This document shows, piece after piece, positions 48,833-54,210 of a DNA stretch of 54,210 nt. Every line of letters starts with the position of its first letter. Position 1 is the first letter of the stretch. The DNA is taken from assembly GCA_963575745.1 (NCBI GenBank), contig CAUYUJ010000258.1, positions 62,001-116,210 of the forward strand, in the 5' to 3' direction. The translations under genes and the position numbers were made by a program. Origin of the DNA: Prorocentrum cordatum. Taxonomy: Eukaryota. The notes under the pieces were generated by a model that had not been told where the DNA came from, did not search any database, and was given only the letters and a program-made list of their open reading frames with translations.

Positions 48833-51718
48833 ACACAAGGCCAGCGTGCGACCCCCGCCGAGGATGAGGAAGGGGAAAATGCCTCTCCGTCTGCGGGGGA
48901 TAGGGTGCCAGGTACTGTTAGTTTAGAAATCGATTTTGATGAATGGCCCGAGGAGGAAGACCCTTGGGCTCAGGAGCTCAATTATTGCTCGGATTTGTCG
49001 GTGTGCCAAGTTTTTTCGAATTCGTCGGTGTCTCCTGGGGATCCCACTGTGGCTGGGGGCCCTGGGCGCGGTGGTCCTAGTGTCTCTTCGCAAGAGGCGG
49101 GTCTCGACCTCGCCAGCCGACCCGAAGGACCTTCGGACACGATTGGCCATCCCGCGTCTCCGTCTGGGTCACCAGCCTTGGATTCCCAGGAAGCCTCTAA
49201 TCTGGATGCGTCACACGGTGGAGCCTCGCCCACTAACCAGGAGCCTTCCTTTGCCATACCTCCTGAGTTGTGGGATGAATGTCGACGTGCCGTGGGTTTC
49301 ACGCCTGGTGGTTTCTCGCTCGAGTCCCTTGCTCCTGCTTTCCATCAGTCAGTAGCCTTTCGGCTCAAGCCAGCTCACCTGGCAGTGATCTCAGGGCTAT
49401 ATGCATCATGGGTGTCGTCTGTTGAACGCTGTATTTCTGCTCATCACAATGTGCCAGTCCCTCCAGGGCCAACCCGAGCCCAGGGGGCCAGATTCACAGT
49501 GCAGACAGTCAAGATGCCAGGGAAAGGTAGGGCCACCCCGCTCCGTGATCGTGTGAGTGCCTGGTGGACCCAACTCCACACGTTCTTAAATGCCATTGCA
49601 CTTCACCGTTCCAGAGGGAACGGAGCCAATCAGCTGGAACGCTATCTTCAGGCCTGTCAACGGCACGTGGACGACAGGCCTGATGGGTTGGCCAAGGTTC
49701 TGATTGCCGCTAAGGACCCGCCCTGGGATGAATGGATCAGGATCATCAGGACGGCTGGCACGTGCGCGCTTCCAGTTCTGCAGAGTTACGAGTGTACCTC
49801 ACGTCGTGTCATGAATCGTGCACAGAGAAGGGCAGTCAGTGGATCGATTGCCGAGTTCAAGGAGTTTTTCGTGCAGGTGGAGTCCTTAGGTACCTTGCAC
49901 AAGTCTCTTCACGGGCAGGCACTCCCTGGGCTGGATTATGAACAGGGTGACCAAGTGCTATACCATCCCAAGGATATCATCGACGCGAAGTCGAAACACT
50001 GGCACTCCCTTTGGTCGCCGTCGGCTTTGAATGAGGAAGAGGTTTTGGACACATTTCACTCTATTCACCAAGTTGCGGTGGACGAGGAGCTGCCCATGAT
50101 CTCGGTCCCAGGTATCCGACGAGCGCTGAGGCAGATGAAAGCCAAGGCAGGACTCGGAGTTGATATGATGACCCCCACGGACTTCGAAAGATTACCTGAT
50201 TCGGCCTTGGCAGAATTGGCAATTCTTTTTGAAGCTTGTGAGCTTTACGGTTGTTGGCCAGGGCAAGTTTTACTTATCATCGGACGGATGTTGCCGAAAA
50301 AGGTGTCAGGAGATCGAATAATTGGACTAGTGGCAATGCTTGGGCGAGTCTGGAGCATGATGCGAGAACCTCTTGTTCGCACATGGTCCACATCCACCGA
50401 GCAGCAGTGGGATGCGGCCATACGCGGCAATTCCAGTCTTAGAGAAGCATTCGTACGAGCGGTACAGGAGGAGGTTTCGCATCAGTTGAAGGTACATTGT
50501 GCTGATGGGTTGATGGACATCCAATCTTTCTACGATTCCATAGAATGGCCATGTCTCGCTCGGTGTGCCCTCAACTTATCCTTTCCAGCTCGTGTTCTTC
50601 AGTTGGAGTTGTTGATGTGCGTCGCCATGCGCTCGTTGGGACAGCTGGGGGCCTTCTCTCAGCCGTTCCAACCGACTCGGATCATAGTCCAGGGGCTCCG
50701 CTCTGGGACTCGCTTCGGGCGATGCCTGACGCACCATGTCCTCTCCAAGATCACGGTGGCCCATCCGAGGCTTAGCCACCGCATTTGGATCGACGATCTA
50801 TCACAGTTCATGAGGGGGTCGAGGAAGGATCTTCGCATCAAAATGGCATCATGTCTGATTGCCACTTGCAGGGCTCTGGAGACACAGAAGTTGGCCGTCT
50901 CGCCCAAGTCCGTCATCGTCTGCACCAAGTTGCAGGATGCCGAGTGGATTTCGCGAGCAGTGCGGCGCGCAGGCTTCACAGTACGTCTTAAGCTACAGGC
51001 AGGGTATCTTGGTGTGGATCTCTCATGTGGGGCACGGCTGGCGCGACAGACGCGGGCCAAGCGAGATGAGAAAAGCAAGGGTATGAGCGCCAAGATCAGA
51101 CGTTTCGCTTTCACGTCAAAGAAGTATTCTATCACACGACGGTTGGAGAAGCAAGGGTCACAGGCTGCAGGTGTCTACGGCCACCAGATTTTTGGTACGT
51201 TCGGTGCGCGCATGGTCCAAGCCAGGAGGAAGCTTGGTATGTCCTGCGCTGCGGCTACAAAAGGAAGGTGCCTCACCACACTTTTGGCGCTGCGTGCAGG
51301 CGACCACGACCCTGGCATCAAACTACCTGTGGAGTGTCTAGATCTTTGGTTGCATTTGTGGCGTGAACATCCTGACATGAGGAAGGGCATCCAGCAGGCT
51401 TGGACCCCAGTTTTCCAGCGAATGGTGCACCTACCTCCAGAGCAGCGCTCCCGCCATGTTCGCGGCCCCCTGTCGGCAGTGGTTCTTCACCTGCTAGAAG
51501 CGGGATGGGGAGCTCAGGAGGCGACAGGGTGGACCATCCCAGCGCCTCACCCGTTCGAGGGCGAACAGTGGCGCTTCGATGACAGCATGTACAGCGGCAT
51601 CGACGCACTCGACAGGCACGACGGCTTTTTGGCAGATTTCGCTGACACACTTCGCCGTCGCTTGTGGGTGGGAGCGAGTCGTCACTATGCTGGAAGGGGG
51701 TCTCGAACAGGGAGCTGA
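48833..51718 (+). CDS. Linker and reverse transcriptase of element B ORF2
   Basis: KAGLGVD, PKKVSGDRIIGL, LMDIQSFYDSI, IVQGLRSG, catalytic IWIDDL and YLGVD. Frame open from 48833 to a +1 shift in the G5 run at 51696-51700. Confidence 0.93.
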   Translation, partial: TQGQRATPAEDEEGENASPSAGDRVPGTVSLEIDFDEWPEEEDPWAQELNYCSDLSVCQVFSNSSVSPGDPTVAGGPGRGGPSVSSQEAGLDLASRPEGPSDTIGHPASPSGSPALDSQEASNLDASHGGASPTNQEPSFAIPPELWDECRRAVGFTPGGFSLESLAPAFHQSVAFRLKPAHLAVISGLYASWVSSVERCISAHHNVPVPPGPTRAQGARFTVQTVKMPGKGRATPLRDRVSAWWTQLHTFLNAIALHRSRGNGANQLERYLQACQRHVDDRPDGLAKVLIAAKDPPWDEWIRIIRTAGTCALPVLQSYECTSRRVMNRAQRRAVSGSIAEFKEFFVQVESLGTLHKSLHGQALPGLDYEQGDQVLYHPKDIIDAKSKHWHSLWSPSALNEEEVLDTFHSIHQVAVDEELPMISVPGIRRALRQMKAKAGLGVDMMTPTDFERLPDSALAELAILFEACELYGCWPGQVLLIIGRMLPKKVSGDRIIGLVAMLGRVWSMMREPLVRTWSTSTEQQWDAAIRGNSSLREAFVRAVQEEVSHQLKVHCADGLMDIQSFYDSIEWPCLARCALNLSFPARVLQLELLMCVAMRSLGQLGAFSQPFQPTRIIVQGLRSGTRFGRCLTHHVLSKITVAHPRLSHRIWIDDLSQFMRGSRKDLRIKMASCLIATCRALETQKLAVSPKSVIVCTKLQDAEWISRAVRRAGFTVRLKLQAGYLGVDLSCGARLARQTRAKRDEKSKGMSAKIRRFAFTSKKYSITRRLEKQGSQAAGVYGHQIFGTFGARMVQARRKLGMSCAAATKGRCLTTLLALRAGDHDPGIKLPVECLDLWLHLWREHPDMRKGIQQAWTPVFQRMVHLPPEQRSRHVRGPLSAVVLHLLEAGWGAQEATGWTIPAPHPFEGEQWRFDDSMYSGIDALDRHDGFLADFADTLRRRLWVGASRHYAGRGSRTGS

Positions 51719-53189
51719 TTGCCGTTCCTATCGTATTCTTATCGATCAACTCTCGGCAGTCCCAGTGATTGGGCATCGGCTTGGGGAAGTCATGGTTTCG
51801 TGTGCAGTTGGAGGTGTCTGGCCTAGAGCCAGGCGCAGAGCTGAGATGCCCAAGTATCGTGGTTCTGAGATGTGTGGACGTTGTGGTACGAAGACCGAGA
51901 CGCTGAAACACAGGATTTGGGAATGTGAATGCAATACAGGCAGCTCCGCATATACCGAGTCTGATGAGTTGGTTTCACAGGCGCTGGTTCAGTCTGACGC
52001 AGACGAGGCGTTCTGGTTGCGAGGCATGATGCCTCAGCCCTGGACGGAGGTGCCACCGCCACCGTCCGAGGAGTGCTGGGTGGCCACGAACAACGACGAC
52101 GTGGTCGAGGGATTCTTGGGCGGCGGCACTACGGAGGAGCCGCTACTGGTGTTTGGCGATGCCAGCGGTGGTGCCGACACCAGCAGCCCGACCTTCCGCA
52201 GAGTAGGCTTGGGCATTGCAGTCTTCACCCAGCTGGAGCCGTCGGTGGAGCTGCTGACCACAGTGAGGGGTCATCTCGCTGGGCCTCGCCAGGTGGTCGC
52301 TCGGGGCGAACTGCGAGCTCTCCTTCTGGCCGTGTGGTGCACAGTCGGCGCGATCACTTTCGTATCGGACTGTGAGTCGGTCGTACAGGGCTGGTTCGAG
52401 CAGAAGTTCCTGGCCCCATCGGGGCCCGACGGTGACCTGTGGGCCCGTCTCGGCCAGCTCGTGGCCGCAGCACCAGAGCGCAGCATCAGTGTCTTCTTCG
52501 TCAACTCCCACCTCACGGGGCGCGACGTGGTGCAGCAGCGCGCACCGAGGTGGATGATCACGGGCAACAGCGTGGTGGACGAGGTGGCGGGGTGGGCAGC
52601 CGCGGAGGCCAGGTTGCCCATCGCCATCCGCCACCGTGTGCTGATGCACGAGAGGAGGGCGAGGCTGGTCAGGATGCGGATCCTAAGGTCGACGTTGGAT
52701 GCGATGAATGCGGAGAGCAAGGCCCCGCGGGAGAAACCATCGTCCTCCTCCGTCGTCGTCCCTCCTTCTGCTGCTTCGTGCTCCCTCTTCTCCTCCTCCC
52801 ACTGTCTGGATGACACGGGGCGGGGTTGCACGAGATGCGGAGGGTCAGCCTCCAGAGCCACCACCGTCGTTTGGAGGCTAACTCCGTGTTTTCAGCCAGT
52901 CCATTATAATGGGGTGCTCTGGTTTAAACCCCCTCTGGCCCCCCTCCATATAGCGGGGGGGAGCGTTCACGAATCCCATAATATGCAATTTCATGGCCCA
53001 TTAAAGTTATGGTATTGCCGTGACTGTGCTGGTTTCGGTGCTAATCAGATTCTCAAGCTTGGCCAGCCTTGCCTCCGTAAGCTAACCTCGTCTGGAATCG
53101 AGTACTTAGACCGAATCTCCCGTGGGCTGTGGCCGAAGGTCGTCAGCCGTGCTGAGCAAGCATCCCGACGTCCCAGGGGCGTAATTTAA
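51700..53189 (+). CDS. CCHC knuckle, RNase H and Cys/His-rich tail of element B ORF2
   Basis: CGRCGTKTETLKHRIWEC; VFGDASG, QVVARGELRA, FVSDC, DLW, VNSH and GNSVVDEVA; then CTRC and CRDC motifs. Confidence 0.92.
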
Positions 53190-53363
53190 GGTGCTATGTA
53201 TTATGCTCTTATAGTATTGCTGACTTCGTCATATGGTCATGCTCATGCTCATGCTCCTCCTCCTCCTCCGCCTCCCCCTCCTCCTCCTCCTCCTCCTCCT
53301 TCGCCTCCTCCTCATCCTCCTCGTCGTCGTCCTCCTCCTCCTCCTCCTCCGCCGCCTCCTCCT

Positions 53364-53512
53364 GTCGTGACAGGACTGGTGATTACCTGGCACCCAGTCG
53401 TGACAGGACTGGTGACTACCTGGCACCAAGTCGTGACAGGGCTGGTGGTTACCTGGCGCCAAGTCGTGACAGGGCTGGTGGCCGTTACATACCCAGTCGT
53501 GACAGGACTGGC
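53364..53512. repeat. 33-bp tandem repeat, about 4.5 copies
   Basis: GTCGTGACAGG at 53364, 53397, 53430, 53463 and 53496. Confidence 0.93.
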
Positions 53513-53705
53513 GGACTTCATCAGAGACAAGCTGGGCTCACCTCGTCGAGTGCTACTACCCCGAGCGTCTCTTCACGAACTTCCCCTACAACAAGCCTAC
53601 CTACGTGAACTACAACGTCAGCTGTACCGCGACTCCTTCCACAAGACCATTCATCATCGTCTTCGTGCTTGGTTCCCACTACTTCCTGTCGATAGTGGCT
53701 CTCCA

Positions 53706-54066
53706 ATGGCGCCTTCTACATCCGAGCAACTGACTGGGAGTGACAACCACGACTCCATGAAGTACCTGAACGAGCGCGCTGAAACATGGGCAGCGAGATG
53801 GATCCCCAGCGTGTTCTTCGGCCGCGACATGGACAACTTCAACGACTGCATGGGCTGGTGTGTCCCCTACGTCACAGCAGTACTACACCGCCCCCAGTTC
53901 AATGCGCACTTCCGCCTCGACGACGAACATGGGTCTCCTAGTGCTCGCCGTGACGTGGCGACGGAGATCTGTTACGGTGCATGGCGTCGAGCTGACCGTC
54001 CTCGTAATCACCATTTGGAGATCTACAACAGCGAGCACAGGTCGACTACCACCATCAGGAAGTGTC
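53706..54066 (+). pseudogene. Coding-like fragment of unknown protein, truncated by a (CCGGTT/CGGTT)n repeat
   Basis: MKYLNERAETWAARWIPSVFFGRDMDNFNDCMGWCVPY... with many C/G-ending codons; no family recognised. Confidence 0.3.
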
Positions 54067-54210
54067 CGGTTCGGGCCGGTTCGGGTCGGTTTGGCGGCGG
54101 ACCGGTTCGGTTGCAGCGGTTCGATTTCGGCGCGGGGTCCGGTTTTGGTCGGTCCGGTTTTGCCAGTCCGGGTCGGTTATGCCGGTTCGGTTCGGCGGTC
54201 GCGGGACGGT
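54066..54210. repeat. (CGGTT/CCGGTT)n degenerate repeat, runs off the window end
   Basis: Direct reading. Confidence 0.85.

Larger units (their letters stand above)
46112..53256 (+). mobile_element. Full-length non-LTR retrotransposon B (about 7.1 kb; same architecture as A, highly divergent sequence)
   Basis: ORF1, APE, RT, CCHC, RNase H and Cys/His tail in order. Begins at GCTCAAG directly after (CCT)n and ends with (ATGCTC)3 running into (CTC)n. Confidence 0.93.

Noticed and set aside
53364..53512. 33-bp repeats as a mini-CRISPR
   Set aside because: Head-to-tail tandem units with no spacers.

Overview
GC-rich, repeat-dense eukaryotic DNA, almost certainly from a dinoflagellate: it carries an exact 22-nt dinoflagellate spliced leader (DinoSL). 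A Prorocentrum-like origin is my inference from composition and repeat style. I see no intact host protein-coding gene. The window holds two divergent, apparently full-length non-LTR retrotransposons (10757-17138, minus; 46112-53256, plus) with the layout Zn-finger/coiled-coil ORF1 + APE-RT-CCHC-RNase H-Cys/His tail. Both are embedded in (CCT)n/(GAG)n microsatellite. The first starts with a complete SL plus stacked relicts and the second with degenerate SL remnants. Also present are an SL-capped retro-pseudogene interrupted by a MITE-like inverted repeat, one or two decayed LINE RT remnants, several satellite families of 33-165 bp, long microsatellites, an AT-rich island and a 100-N gap. The best candidate for an undescribed system is a LINE family that acquires and regenerates its 5' end by SL trans-splicing and sits in trinucleotide microsatellites. 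Most ORFs in the supplied track are artefacts of repeats or high GC.
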